A stretch of 56,581 nt of DNA from contig NC_068983.1 in the NCBI RefSeq assembly GCF_001194135.2, positions 3,444,976 through 3,501,556 of the forward strand, given 5' to 3'. Source of the stretch: Octopus bimaculoides (taxonomy: Eukaryota). Positions 38,385 to 51,623 of this stretch are shown here, piece after piece (the stretch's first letter is position 1; each line of letters begins with the position of its first letter). Below the pieces are notes generated by a model. The model was not told the origin of the DNA. It made no database searches and saw only the letters and a list, made by a program, of their open reading frames with translations. The position numbers and the translations under genes were made by a program.

Positions 38385-38929
38385 ATGCATCTGTATATGA
38401 ATATATTTATACATGTATATGTGTGCATGTATGTATATAGGCACCATCATCATTTAATGACTGCATTCCATGCTGGCATGGGTTGGACAGTTTGACTGGA
38501 TCTGACAAGTTCAAGAACTGCACCATATTCCAATGTCTGCTGTGGCATAATGTCTATGGTTCCATGCCCTTCGTAATGCCAACCACTTTATAGAGTGTAG
38601 GGGGCGCTTTTTTCCATGACACCAGCACTAATTAGACCGTCATACAGCTTGCTAGACATGGATGTATATGTGTGTGTATATATACATATACTATGTATAC
38701 ATAAAGTATGTTGTGAATGAGATCAATGAAAATTCTTGAAAACACTTTCCCCTCTCGATATCTGCTGCTCTGCTGCTGCTGCTGCTGTTGCACATTATTA
38801 TTTCATCTTCTCTTTGCACATAAACTATTTAAGGCATTCTGTTCTCTCACCTGCCATTCATATAGTGATGTGGATGCTAGCACTAATAATGCAGTGATGT
38901 GGGGGTCAAAATAATTTTAGATGTGTGAA

Positions 38930-39190
38930 TATTATACCTGTAAGAGGAAAAATAATGTTAATTATTAATTCTGAGAATGACAGGGGAGACAACCCTGATA
39001 ACAAACTTTATTAAGGATATAATACAGAAAGGAGTGAGTTAAATTTTTCATAGATATGGCCATAATACTAGACGTGTTTCTGTCATGTTAGACCTCCTCA
39101 GCAATGTATATTTTCCCTAGTGCTGGTGCCCGGTCTTAGATAAACATGTCTTAGTTCACTGCATTACGTTAACACCACTTCACTATTTGT
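38930..39190 (-). mobile_element. Putative Penelope-like pseudo-LTR containing the hammerhead motif
   Basis: On the minus strand the hammerhead is followed by AATAAA (39007-39012) and a pyrimidine tract + TTACAG acceptor (38938). Confidence 0.45.
39063..39109 (-). ncRNA. Minimal type-I hammerhead-ribozyme-like motif (Penelope-type)
   Basis: Minus strand reads AUACAUUG CUGAGGA GGUC-UAACAU-GACA GAAA C-AC-GUC UAGUAUUA. Both core boxes and the GUC triplet are intact; helix II has one terminal mismatch and helix I is weak. Confidence 0.6.
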
Positions 39191-39308
39191 TTTTCATACA
39201 GCAAGCACCCCTTGGAACTTTCCTCATTGCCATGCACACATTCTGCATCTTGTAGCATTAAAATTGCACAAAAAACCTTCCCTTGTGCAATTTCTGTGCA
39301 TGTTTTGT

Positions 39309-39351
<43 letters not shown>

Positions 39352-41239
39352 TAATAATATTTTGTTATTGTTGTTAGTATCGTTGCTGTATTGCTAAACT
39401 GTCATATGTCCAAATTTGGCCAAATGCATTTTTTTCAATATTTATTTTTGCTTGCAGCAGCCGGTTCTTTTGGTCAAACTATCATATCTCCAGCTGCTTC
39501 AAATGCTAAGATATTAAAAATTGTCAAAGTGTAGTACAATGGTTTTGTTATTGAATGGTGACATTATTTTTTCATTATCTGAAAAAGCAACGCTTTGGAC
39601 TTACGACACTTTTGCAAAATAGCAACAATATGAAAATATTAATATTCTGTTTTGTTATCTAACACCATAAATATTTTGTTGAATGTTTTATTTTGAGACC
39701 ATAGCTTGTTTGTCTTGGATAAACTGATGTGAGAGCTATTGTTGCTATCTAACATAATAATAATAATGTTTGTTATTGTAGCATTTTTGATGTAATAATA
39801 ATGTATTGTTACCACTTTGTAATGTTGCATGTTATAATGTACGACCAAATATGTTTTTGTTGTTTATCTGTGTTGTTTGTCTCTGCCATGTTGTATATTA
39901 TATATGTATATACCTCCTCATCATCACCACCGCTTAACATCCATGTGCCCTGCTGGCATGGGTTGGATGGTTTTACAGGATCCGATGGACTACACTGTGC
40001 TCCAATGTCTACTTTGGCAGGGTTTCTATGGCTGGGTGCCCTTCTTAACACCGACCACTTTACAGAGTGCATTGGGTGCTTTGTTTGGCACCAGCAAAAT
40101 GTGGATCATGCAGCTTGCAAGATTATGAACCTCCAAGGTTCAATGCTAGGAGATGCAGGGTTAAAGTAGGAGAGAAAAGGGTCAGAGTAGAAGAGGGTTC
40201 TTGTTGTGGAGGGGTTACGTTACTACTTGCCTTTTAAGGGATCAGGGTAGAGCAAGGAGGAGATAAAAATAGTGATGGTGGCACATCTGTGTTGACCCCC
40301 CAAGGTACAAGGTGGTGAGTAGGAGTGGGTGGAGGAAGAAGAATTAGAAGTGTGGGTGAGTAGGGGTTGCAAATGTGTATGGGAGAGTAAGAGATGGGGA
40401 GTGGGTGAAGGGATATGTATATGTAAGGCACCCAGAACTATGTGGTTGGGAAGCAAGCTTCTTACCACACAGCCACTCCTGTGCTTATATATATATAAAA
40501 AGATGGTGTGTTTGTGTGTGTGTAAGGTGCCATGTCCCATTGTCACAGAAAACTTCTTTCAATGTCAGATGCACAAAGGGACTTGACATACGCTTTTGTG
40601 ATTTCAGGAAGGGTTTTTCTTCCTTTTTTTTTTAATTGTATTTTGATCCTTTTGTTGATCTTTTTTTCACTTCATGTTAAATAATATGAGACGTCAGTGA
40701 CTGTATCTCACAATACGCCACCACCATATCGTACGTTTATCGTCACTTGTAACCTTGCAGGGTCAAGCATGAAATCCATTAAGACAGAGACACACAGACA
40801 GAGAGAGGATAGGGTAGAGACAACTTCCAGGTGTTTGTTCCTACAGACTTACTCTCTCCATCAACGACTGATGTGTGAAAGAGATAAGATCTTTTTGTAT
40901 AAGGTTTCTCTGACAATCAGCAACGTTTTGGGTGTAAAAACGACATTTTATAACTTTGAGCAGGTTTTAGAGAATGTTGCACTAAATGTGTCATTTTGAT
41001 TAGTTCACTCCATTAATTTAATTGATTAATTAAATGAATAAAACCCCACAATAGCAGCCTTCTTCTGAAGCAGAATAGCTGCTTTTATCTTTTACTTGTT
41101 TCAGTCACTGGACTGTGGCCATGCTGGAGCACTGCATTGTAGGATTTGCTCAAACTGTGCTTATTTTCATGTCTGATACTTATCCTATCAATCTCTTTTG
41201 ACAAACTTTTAAATGACGGGGATGTAAACAAATGACTAC

Positions 41240-41602
41240 AAGTTACTCTTCAAGATGAGCCTGCTTTGCCCCAACCCTTCTCTCATACTCTCAACTCCCC
41301 CTCTTTGTCTTCTGGCATAAAGTTGACACCCACCCCCTCCGTGTCCTGACCTTCTGTATTCTTGTGAACTGCATGGCAACCTCAATAGTGCCAGTGGCAC
41401 ATGTAAAACACCCAGTACACAATGTCGAGTGGTTGGAATTAAGAAGGGCATCCAGCCATAGAAACCAGACCAAAGCTGACATTGGAGCACAATCGAGTCC
41501 TTGGATGCATCAGATCCAGTCAAACCATCCAACCGATGCCAGCATGGAACATGGACATTAAACGATAATAATGGTGATGATGATGATGATGATGATGATG
41601 AT
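41240..41602 (+). mobile_element. Family C retroposon tail (RTE-type 3' end) ending in (GAT)n. Other copies: + 18195-18310, 31570-31692, 42080-42240, 46490-46662, 47950-48012; - 32575-32850, 32913-33175, 38441-38660, 39917-40260, 50170-50420, 54858-55115
   Basis: Shared ...GGAAGGGCATCCAGC...CCAACCCATGCYAGCATGGAA..GGACGTTAAACGATGATGAT. Confidence 0.8.
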
Positions 41603-43838
41603 GTAGAGAACTTGGGTAACCATCAACTACCTTGACATGAACAACGATCTGCAGTTTCAGAACTGTTGAATGATGTTTTACAATTTATTAGAAATAAAAA
41701 AAATTTATTGTCTGTAAATTTCCTTCATCATTATCAGTTCTTGCTTGAGTTTGTTATGAGCCCCAAGACTCACAAGGCTGGAGCTGAATCCCAGTTTTCA
41801 TAGCATATGAGGGACTGAGATGACAAAACTCCCTGGTCCTGAATGGGACATCAGTCTGTTGTAAAGTTATGTTTATTGTTGGGACCCATTTACAGTTGAG
41901 TGGACTGGAGCAATGAAGTGTTTCTTTCAAGAGCTCAGCGCAACACCCTGTCTTGTTTCTGTCTTCCACAGTCTAACCCCCTCGTCACTTCCCTCAATAC
42001 CACCCACCACCCCCGATCTCAGTTGAATGGTTTTTGTCTTGGAACTTATTTGGTGACCCCACTGGTGCAGATGCTATGTAAAAAAACACCTTTTTCATTT
42101 TGTAAAGTTGTTGGCATCAGAAAGGTCATCCAGCCATGGCCACCATGCCAAAACAGACAGCAGAGCTTGGCACTATCCTCTGGTCTTGCCAGCTCCTGTC
42201 AAACTGTCCAGCATGGAAAATGTACATCAAATGAAGATGCTCTTATGACTGTTGTTGAAACACCTCACCTACTTGGCCATGGGCCTTCCCCATTAATACA
42301 AGGAAAACAGGTTCAGTTATTTTCTTTGTACAATGTTCTCAAAAGTCAAGGCTGACCATTCTCTTACACCATGTAATGTACAGGCTTGGACAAGAATTTT
42401 TTTGAGGCAGACTGGTAGCCGCCCCTGTCGGATTGTCTCCATTCTCCACTCTTTCTGATATTTATCAAAGAGAAATGCTACCAACTTGGGTTAATACAGA
42501 CTGGCACCAGTGTTATCACAGACATTGATGTAAGGAACCAGAACAAGGACCTAACCCTTTCCTTCACTGATCTGCTTTCCAGAAAAGCTCCCTTTTTTTT
42601 TTTTTTTTTTGACCCCAAAAGGATGAAAAGCAAGGTTAGCCTTGGTAGGATTTGAACTCTGACCACAGAGAATCAAAACAAATGCCACAAGGCACTCTAG
42701 CCACTCTGCCAATTTGCCTGTTTAAATAATTATTTAAATAGAATATACTTTCTGTGCCATTCTTTTTTTCATTGTTTTTTTTTCTCTCTCTAAACTTTGA
42801 AATATTTAAAAACTAGAAAAATTAGTAACCGACACTGTGTAAAGGAAATCTACTTCCATCCACATGAAGAAAAGATTCTTTAAAAATTGGCTGTTCATAT
42901 TTTGGGGATTGATCCATCTTCCATTCCACTACTAAACTAGCTTTCATAACTATCAATTGTTTCTTTTGTCTTTTAATTGAATTAGTTTACCATTCTGCTG
43001 CCATTTCCTTCAATAACCAATCTATCAAAATACCATTATCTTATCCATCTCTAATCCCAGTTGACCCTAATCTCAACCAGATATCATCTGACCAAACTTC
43101 CATTCCCTTTACAGCCATTGTATGTGACTCCCATTCCATTCCTCTGTCACATGATCAGATTTGTTTCATTTAAATCAACACCAACCCCCGCCCCTGATAT
43201 CACCCCTTAATTCTACAACATAAATTTCTTGTTTTAAAGGGATCTAAATCAAAAGGTACCATCATGATTCCTTGTTAATTTATGCTCTAAATGCCATCCT
43301 TCATGAAATTCTTCATTATTTCCAAAATCAATCGAAACAAAAGCAGTAGATTCCAACCGAAAAATGGTAACGAAAGGGTTCTTCAATAGAAGGGCAGTAA
43401 ATAACTTCAACTTGCTGGGGTGATATTCTATTCTTAAACCTGTGTTCTAGTCAAAGGGTTGCTTTTTTATTTTTTCTGTTGTATTACATCGCAAAACACT
43501 GAACTCTTGATGGCTCAGTCCATCAAGCTTGAAATAGGTACAATGGGACAGTAAACAACAACTAAACAGTACAACTGAGAAGTATTTTTTTTAGCTTGCA
43601 GTGCTGCTAAGGAGAGGCACATGAATGGCACCACTTACCCTTAAATTTTGTTGTGTCAATTCAAAACCCACGAGATATTCATTGAATTCTTGCTTTACCT
43701 AAATTCCTTGCTTCAGACCATTCTTTGTCAATTAAACAACTAAAACATCATGGTTTCCTGTGGGGTTGCTTTTTTTGTTTTTTGTTTGCTGTTATATCTC
43801 TGTTAAATCTCTGCTAATGCCATTTGGGTTATTTCTAG

Positions 43839-43981
43839 AATGTGAGATTGGTTATTTCGGACCAAACTGCCATTTTACCTGTAGTAATTGTATGAACGGT
43901 GGACAGTGCAATGAAGCCAGAGATGGTTGTCTCTGTAAACCTGGATTCCAAGGAATTCTTTGCAACAACACATGTCGACAG
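43839..43981 (+). CDS. MEGF6: MEGF6-like exon: ECEIGYFGPNCHFTCSNCMNGGQCNEARDGCLCKPGFQGILCNNTCRQ
   Basis: atttctag|AA acceptor, CAG|gtgtgt donor, 143 nt, phase 1-0. Confidence 0.93.
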
Positions 43982-45135
43982 GTGTGTTTTCACAAAATTC
44001 TTTTTTGTTTTTTTTTGCAATCCCAGTCTGTATTTTTATTGTCCTTTTCATGTTGTTGTTGTTGTTGTCATTATTGTTGTAGTTGTTGTTGTTCTTGTGA
44101 TTATTGTTGTTGTTTTGTCCAAAACCGACCCCAGATCCCCTCAACCTCCCACCATCACTCTCCTCTCTTGTATTCAAACATTATGTATCTGACTTCCCTA
44201 TTTAATACATCCTTCCTTTCTATGACGGTAGGGTGGGATATGAATGAGATTTGGCTGCTGCTTCTAGCAGAGAGAGCAACCACATAGCAGCTCCTTCTTT
44301 AGCTAAGTAAAACTCACCCCTAAAACAGGACACTTCTTAAATTAGGATCTCCTTAGTTGTGGCTTCTTCATTATCTCAGCTTCATTCCTCTTCTAAGATA
44401 GGGTCCCCTCGTTAGCTGGAGTCCTCTTCAGTAGCTAGAGTTCCCTCCTTAATTATGATTCCCTCTTCAGGGAGAACCCACCNNNNNNNNNNNNNNNNNN
44501 NNNNNNNNNNNNNNNNNNNNNNNNNNNNNNNNNNNNNNNNNNNNNNNNNNNNNNNNNNNNNNNNNNNNNNNNNNNNNNNNTCAGAGACCATCGTTGCTAT
44601 AGCAACCTCACAGTCATGACAGTTTACTAATTAAGGATAAAAAGAATTCAAATACTCAAATACTCATTTCAGTGGCTTTGTGTTCTGTAGGGCACTGAAT
44701 CACTCCTGCCCTTACAGACCAAGCTGTAAATAAAATCTGGGAGAACAACGTCAAACACTGACCTTACTGGAACGGGATTTAGTTGGGTCCAGTACTGAGA
44801 TATGAAACTAGATTATTGCCAAAAGAGAGAGGGAGTACTATGCTGCTTTCTGACTGTGTAGCCATGCCCACATGTGTTAGACACATGGACCTCAAAAAGG
44901 TGCTCATGGTGGTTGTTAGCACAATGGTTAATAATTTTTGTGGGTGTTTACCAAGTCAATTGCCAGATGCCGGAACTTCAATTGTGAAACAATTCATTAA
45001 AATTAGATACGTCTGTATTTAACAAACTTGCAGATACTTCCAGGTTTAGCATGATCCCTCTAGTCCTTATATAAAGTTTATGAGAAGCCTATAGAATAAA
45101 TATATGTATGTATATATGAGTATATATGTGTGCTT

Positions 45136-45166
<31 letters not shown>

Positions 45167-45222
45167 CATATATTCCCAATTATATTTTTAACCCAATTCA
45201 TTTATAAATCCTTTTTTCTTAG

Positions 45223-45555
45223 GGTACATTTGGTATTGACTGCAACAGACTGTGTACTTGTCAAAACGGAGGGACTTGCAACCCAGAAACGGGTGAATGT
45301 ACATGTCCACCAGGTATTAAAGGTGTAAGCTGTGAAATTGGTTGCTCACCTGGTTACTATGGTGAGGACTGTAACAAGAGGTGCCCCCAGCAGTGTCCAG
45401 AAGGTTACTGTAATCGTATGTTAGGTAACTGTGAATGCGAACCAGGAATGTTTGGTCCGTTGTGTAATCGGAAGTGTCCAGACTTCTCCTGGGGTCGCAA
45501 CTGTATTCAAGAATGTGCTTGTAACCAGAAACATAGTTCAGGATGTGATCCTAAA
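45223..45555 (+). CDS. MEGF6: MEGF6-like exon, about 2.5 laminin-type EGF repeats: GTFGIDCNRLCTCQNGGTCNPETG...CACNQKHSSGCDPK
   Basis: ttttcttag|GG acceptor, AAA|gtaagt donor, 333 nt, phase 0-0, open. Confidence 0.95.
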
Positions 45556-47034
45556 GTAAGTACAGTCTTTAGATTTCCTTATTTTTCTTTGAATATGGAA
45601 TTTTCTCTGTTTAGTAATTACTAAAATAAACATTCTGAACTAATATCTTTTTGCACACACCAGGCTTATAGAACATTGAAATGGTATAAAACCATTAATT
45701 TTATTTACAGATGAACTTCCTTCTACATGGCACCACATCCTATGTTCTTTATATGGAATTTGCTTTTGTATTGTCACATAAAAACTGGAATGAATAATTT
45801 TATTTCCTGTTTTATGTAATTCTTTATTCATATTTCTTATTTCTTTATTGCCCACAAGGAACTAAACATAGAGGGGACAAACAAGGACAGACAAAAGGAT
45901 TAAGTTGATTACATCGACCTCAGTGCGTAACTGGTACTTAATTTATCGACCCCGAAAGGATGAAAGGCAAAGTCGACCACGGCAGAATTTGAACTCTGAA
46001 CGTAACTGTACACAAAATACCTCTAAGCATTTTGCCCTGTGTCCTAGCATTTCTGCCGGCTCACTGCCTTAATTCATATTTATTCTTTATCCATATTCCT
46101 ATGACTCTCATATTTGTCTGCTACGCAAAAACAACCAGTACTCTTAGATGATCCTCAAGGGCTAATATATACTTGAATATTTTTCCTCAAAATGTTTGTG
46201 CTTGAAAACCCATTTCAAGAGTTAAATATCCCAGTACTGATATTAAATAAAGGGCTGTTTTTAAAATATTTTCAATAAATTTTCGGTACATTTTAGTTGC
46301 ACTGTAATGTGAGTAACCATATAGCTCTTCTATACAAAGAAATCTATCGTGGCCCCTTCTTTCATAACTTAACCCCAAATCGCCTCGAAAAAAGCTGACT
46401 CCCTTTCTGCTGTAACATCCCTCAGTTAAAAAGGGGATCTTTGTCAGGCAAGCTGAATGCAGATTTCATTTTTTCCTGTTGCTGCCCAGGAAAAAACATC
46501 ATCTTGTACACCCCTTGTAAAGTGGTTGGGGTTCGGAAGCACATCCAGCTGTAGGGATCCTGTCAAAGCAGGCACTGGAGGATGTTGCAATCTTTGAACC
46601 TGTCAGTTTCTTATCAAACTGTCCAAACCATGCAAGCATAGATGATGATGATGATGATGATAGCAATGGCAGTAGCTGTAATGGTGGTGAAAACAGTGAC
46701 TGAAATCAAAACAATTACATTCGTAGAAAAGTTTACGTAAAGACAAAAGGGATTCACAGACAAATTCGTCCATCAAATTTCCTAATGAAAATATTCTTGC
46801 TAAAATATTTCACTATGTCATATTATGTAATGATATTTAATGAAATATTTTAATTAACATGATGGGGCTTTAATTACATATCTGATTAGTTATTTGTGAA
46901 ATAAATCAGTGCTGTTATTTTCCTCAAGCAAAAACAGATTCCCTCCAGGAGAGAAAATAGTAATTCAGTGAAGGAGAAGTAGTGAGAGTAATAGCCCTGA
47001 CTGAGAGGGAGTGAGAGAAAGTAATAGCAATAAG

Positions 47035-47290
47035 TGAAAGGAAGGGGTGATGGATGAATAAGGAAGGAAGGGGTGATAGATGAATAAGGAAGGAAGGGGT
47101 GAAAAAGAATCAGCGTTTCAACTCTATGTGAGTATATGTGTTTGTATGTAAAAGGGAAGTATGTGTGTATGTGTGCACAATGGAAGTCGGGTGGGGAGCA
47201 TTCAACGCTGAAAGGAAAAATCAAACAGCATTTCAACTCTGTGTGAGTGTGTGAGTATATGTGTGTATGTGTTTGCGTGTACAAGGGAAG
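47035..47290. repeat. Short tandem duplications (GAAGGGGTGAT.GATGAATAAG units; a ~100-bp unit twice)
   Basis: Direct inspection. Confidence 0.65.
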
Positions 47291-47459
47291 TGTGTGAAGG
47301 TTTGTATCTCTGATTATTATGTACTTTATTTTGTACCTTATTTATATATAAAATACTACAATTAGCCGTCATTTTTCATGATACGTCATCAACTCGTAAA
47401 TAATGTCACAGACATGAAAAGAAAAAAATAATCGATATTTAAATTCTTTTGTTTTTCAG

Positions 47460-47646
47460 AATGGTAAATGTATATGTCTTGCTGGATACCAAGGAATCAG
47501 TTGTAACCAAAAATGTCCAGCAAATAGATATGGCATTAAATGCCAAGGAACATGTAATTGTCCGAAAGAGACAACTTGTGACCATGTTGGTGGAGAATGT
47601 AAATGGAACTGTCCAGCAGGTCGGACAGGGTTCAGGTGCCAGAAAG
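47460..47646 (+). CDS. MEGF6: MEGF6-like exon: NGKCICLAGYQGISCNQKCPANRYGIKCQGTCNCPKETTCDHVGGECKWNCPAGRTGFRCQK
   Basis: tttttcag|AA acceptor, G|gtgagt donor, 187 nt, phase 0-1. Confidence 0.95.
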
Positions 47647-48535
47647 GTGAGTCTTGTTAGTTTTTGTGGATTTGATGGTGTTGTTAACTGTTCCCAATCT
47701 ACTCCCCAACCTCATGGTTCCAGGTTCAGTCCTACTGCGTGGCACCTTAGGCAAGTGTCTTCTACTATAGCCTCAGGCCAACCAAAGCCTTGCAAGTGGA
47801 TTGGGTAGATGGAAACTGTAAGAAGCCCATCATGTATTGATATATATATATATATATGTATTTATGCTTGTGTGTTTTTGTGTCTGTGTTTGTCCCATAC
47901 CACTGCTTGATAACTGGTCTTGGTGTGTTTATGTCCCCTGTAACTCTTTTACTCTATGTCAAACCATCCCACCTATGCCAGCATGAAAGGCAGATATTAA
48001 ACGATGATGATGTATGTATATATATATATATATATATAGATAGATAGATAGATAGTTGGAACTTATAGAAAAACAAAAGATGAAGACAGGTGTATGAACA
48101 ACAAGCAGATGTATTAGTCTGACACTCAGGAAAATGAAGAAGCCGTTTGTGTTTGAGCCTATGCTCTTCAACAGAAAGGAATAAGTGAAAATAAACAGAG
48201 AGAATGAAAGAAAGTCTATAGATTTAGTGGTCAAGCATGGCGACTGATTAGAAAAAAAAGTTTGAAAGAAGAGGTTCGAACGAAGGGAGATAATAAAGTG
48301 ATGGTGATCCCACATGAAGGTGCACGTGTGTGTGTATGTATGTGAGAATGGTGTGTGTGAATAGGGGCTAGTGACTTTGACGTGTGTGGGTAAGATATAT
48401 TTATATTCAAAACATCACTAACTCTCCTCTCTTGTGGCAACGTTAGATCTATCCAACAGCATAACCTGTGTCATGCATCTGAAGTCTTCTAATGTTGATC
48501 AGAACTTCTTACCATTTCTTCTTTCTATTTTTCAG

Positions 48536-48661
48536 TCTGTGAACGAGGAAAATATGGACGGAATTGTTTGAAACAATGTGAATGTGGCAACAGTGGCTGT
48601 AATCCTGAGACTGGGGCATGTCTCTGTGAAGCCGGACACCATGGCAGACATTGTCTACAAG
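48536..48661 (+). CDS. MEGF6: MEGF6-like exon: VCERGKYGRNCLKQCECGNSGCNPETGACLCEAGHHGRHCLQ
   Basis: tttttcag|TC acceptor, G|gtatgt donor, 126 nt, phase 1-1. Confidence 0.95.
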
Positions 48662-49876
48662 GTATGTTTACTGTATTTAGATTTCTCATCAATAACCAAT
48701 ATATATTCACTCTGACCCCTCACATTCTCTCCATTGGTCAGTTTGATTGATAAACGATGGCAAGTTGTTGACAATGGGAGTTCAATACCTAGTCTTGGAT
48801 CATACTTTGGGACAGTTTCAACTGAATCATGTAAATGGCTTTTGGAAAAACATAGCTTGAAGTGGAGGTGAAGGCAGGTGACCTATTGGCTTGGGTGTCG
48901 GGCTCAAACATCATGTAGTTGTGGGTCCAGTTCTTGAATAGGGCAGTGCATTGTGTTCTTAAGCAAGGCGCTTTATCGGTGGAACTGTTGAAAGGTTGGA
49001 GCAAGTGCCATGTGGTGCCTGTTCCAACTCGTTGAGTTCTGATGTCAACATCTACGACACTGGGTGCTAAGCAGTATGAACTGAAGTTGGCAGCCTTTCC
49101 CTTGGATAACCCTCCCCCACCCCCAGTAGCACAGAAAGGGGAGACTTGCATGCATGGTCAGCTGTCAGTCTTCCTAAAGAAATCTTTCCCAAACTTGCCC
49201 ATACATGTAGGACAACAGGGACCAACAGAAGCCCTGCTAAATCGACCACACTTTTGGTCAAAAGTTAGTTGAAGGGTGACATCTTTAGAAGTGCCACAAT
49301 TCAATGAAACATTGCTGTAACATGTTTCTCTTCTTAGAACTTTAATATTTTTCATAATAATTTCAATACAGCACTTTGTAACACTCATATGTCCATTCAT
49401 GTAATCATTTAAACACATCATTACTATACTTTCCTCTTTGGCCAAGTCCTCATCAAGTTTTTCATGTTTCACTTAAAAAGATAGGTGAAGGTAAAGAGGG
49501 AAGTGTTACCTCCCAGCAATTTTGTTGGGAGGTGGGCGAATTTAACAAGAATGGTCCTACTCTAAGTATGCAACCGTAAATTGAAGGAAAACAATGTGGA
49601 AAGGGCAGTTGCTCTAGTGATCAGGGGACTATAGTTTTGTGGGGTTTCCACAAGTCTCCCTCTTTTAGGAAATTTTTTATTGTTAGGATTTATATAATTG
49701 TTTTTACTGTTTACGTGCTTTTATTTATGCAACCTCACATTGTATTGTGCTCTGTGGTCCTCATTGTTTTATGGGTTTCATTTTTGTGAACCCTTTGTGG
49801 ATTTTATTTTCCCATTTTAATGTGACAAATTGTTCTTTCTGTGAAACTGTTTTTTTTTCTTGATCTGTTCTTACAG

Positions 49877-50005
49877 AATGCAAACAAGGACGTTGGGGTA
49901 TAAATTGCCTTAATGTCTGTGAATGTCAAAACGGTGCTTCCTGCGACCCTGCTACAGGAGAATGTATATGTCGACCTGGCTGGTTCGGTCTCTCGTGTGA
50001 ACAAG
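49877..50005 (+). CDS. MEGF6: MEGF6-like exon: ECKQGRWGINCLNVCECQNGASCDPATGECICRPGWFGLSCEQ
   Basis: ttcttacag|AA acceptor, G|gttagt donor, 129 nt, phase 1-1. Confidence 0.95.
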
Positions 50006-50567
50006 GTTAGTTCTTACCTTCAAAGCGAACACTTAATTCTTTCTTTCAAACATCTTCTTTCAGATTACAAGAATTTGATACGTCATAAATGGTAACTATA
50101 ACCCTCCCCTCCCTAACTTGAATCTCTCAACTGGCACAAACCCACACACCCTCCATGTTACTCCCTGCTCCTTCCACTTTCCATGCTGGCATGGGTTGGA
50201 CGACTTGACTGAGGACTAGCAAGCCAGGAGGCTACACCAGGCTCCAATTTGTTCTGGTGAAGTTTCTATAGCTAGATGCCCTTCCTAATGCCAACCACTC
50301 TGAGAGTGTAGTGGGTGCTTTTTATGTGCTACCAGCATGGGGCCAGTCAGGGAGCACTGGCATCGACCACGTTTGGATGGAGCTTTTTACATGCCACCGG
50401 CACAAGAGCCAGTCAGGCAGATTAAATAAATACCTGTAAAGTAGTGGGATGGGGTCAATGTAATTGACTAACCCCTCTCCTTAAAATTGCTTACATTGGG
50501 TCAGCATTTGAAACCATTTATCCTTATCGTTCAGTTGTTATTATTGTTGTTGTTGTATTCGTTTCAG

Positions 50568-50696
50568 AATGTCCTCGCAACAGATATGGAGAGAAATGTC
50601 TGGAAAGGTGCAGATGTGAGAACAATGCAACCTGTATTGCAACAAATGGTTCCTGTATTTGCCAACCAGGTTGGGTTGGACAAGTCTGTGACAGAA
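50568..50696 (+). CDS. MEGF6: MEGF6-like exon: ECPRNRYGEKCLERCRCENNATCIATNGSCICQPGWVGQVCDR
   Basis: gtttcag|AA acceptor, A|gtaaga donor, 129 nt, phase 1-1. Two N-glycosylation sequons (NAT, NGS). Confidence 0.95.
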
Positions 50697-51494
50697 GTAA
50701 GATACTTGATAATTCTTTGAGTTTTGGTTGGCAGAGAATTCTTGATGGGAAGTCCAAGAGAAATCTTAACCCATTTGGGGATCTGCTAAAAACAGTCTCA
50801 CTCCCGATTGTTCCTTGTATTTAAAGTGAATTGCTTATTTACATTGCATTTGCAGAGGCGTGTTTAACAATATTCAATAATTAAAGTTTGTCATTATTAG
50901 TTCTGGATAATTCTTGATGACATTTTAAGTCATAAATCGCAATTTTTGGACTACAAAAATATTGACTCTTTTGAAAACGTTTTTCTTTCTGCATTTCCCA
51001 TCTATTATATCATTCCTTGATATTTCATACACATTTGCATTTGATACTATAGTTTCAAAATAACTAAAATGTTTATTATTGCAATTGAATAGAAAAGGAT
51101 AAATATGCTTGCTTTTCAGCAATCCCCATTTGGGACGTTTTGAAAAATTTATCATAATTTCCAAAATAATTCACATATGAAAAAAATTTAAATACTTTAT
51201 ATTATTTTGACTCCTAAGACACCTGGAAAAGCCAAAATATATGGATAAAAAAAAACTTGGCAGTTAATACAAACATACACACACAGAGAGGCTTCCTGCA
51301 ATTTCCATCTACCAAATTCCCTCACATGGTATTGATTGACCTCAGGCTATAGTGTAAGACAGCCAAGATGCTGTAGAGTGGGACTGAACCTGAAACCATA
51401 CAGTTACAAACAAGAGAAGATTAAGAGAAATACTAACCAAATAATAAACCCTGAATTCTAATCCCTTACTTTCCTTTTTTGTCCGTGTTTTTAG

Positions 51495-51623
51495 TGTGTG
51501 CCCCGGGAACTTATGGTGTAAAATGCCGCAGCAAATGCATCTGTCAGAACAGTGCCGAATGTGACCCAGAGACTGGAGAGTGTATTTGTTCTCCAGGCTG
51601 GACGGGAGTTGGTTGTAATGAAC
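51495..51623 (+). CDS. MEGF6: MEGF6-like exon: MCAPGTYGVKCRSKCICQNSAECDPETGECICSPGWTGVGCNE
   Basis: gtttttag|TG acceptor, C|gtgagt donor, 129 nt, phase 1-1. Absent from the ORF track on the + strand. Confidence 0.95.

Noticed and set aside
39458-39534. NAGNAG acceptor followed by protein-like AGSFGQTIISPAASNAKILKIVK as a second linker exon
   Set aside because: No phase-1 GT donor before the TAG stop; incompatible with the next exon unless further exons exist
49415-49470. TTGATGA-GG...GGAAAG-TATAGTA on the minus strand (and a similar trace at 26215-26255) as hammerheads
   Set aside because: Too degenerate to support individually; may be PLE relics
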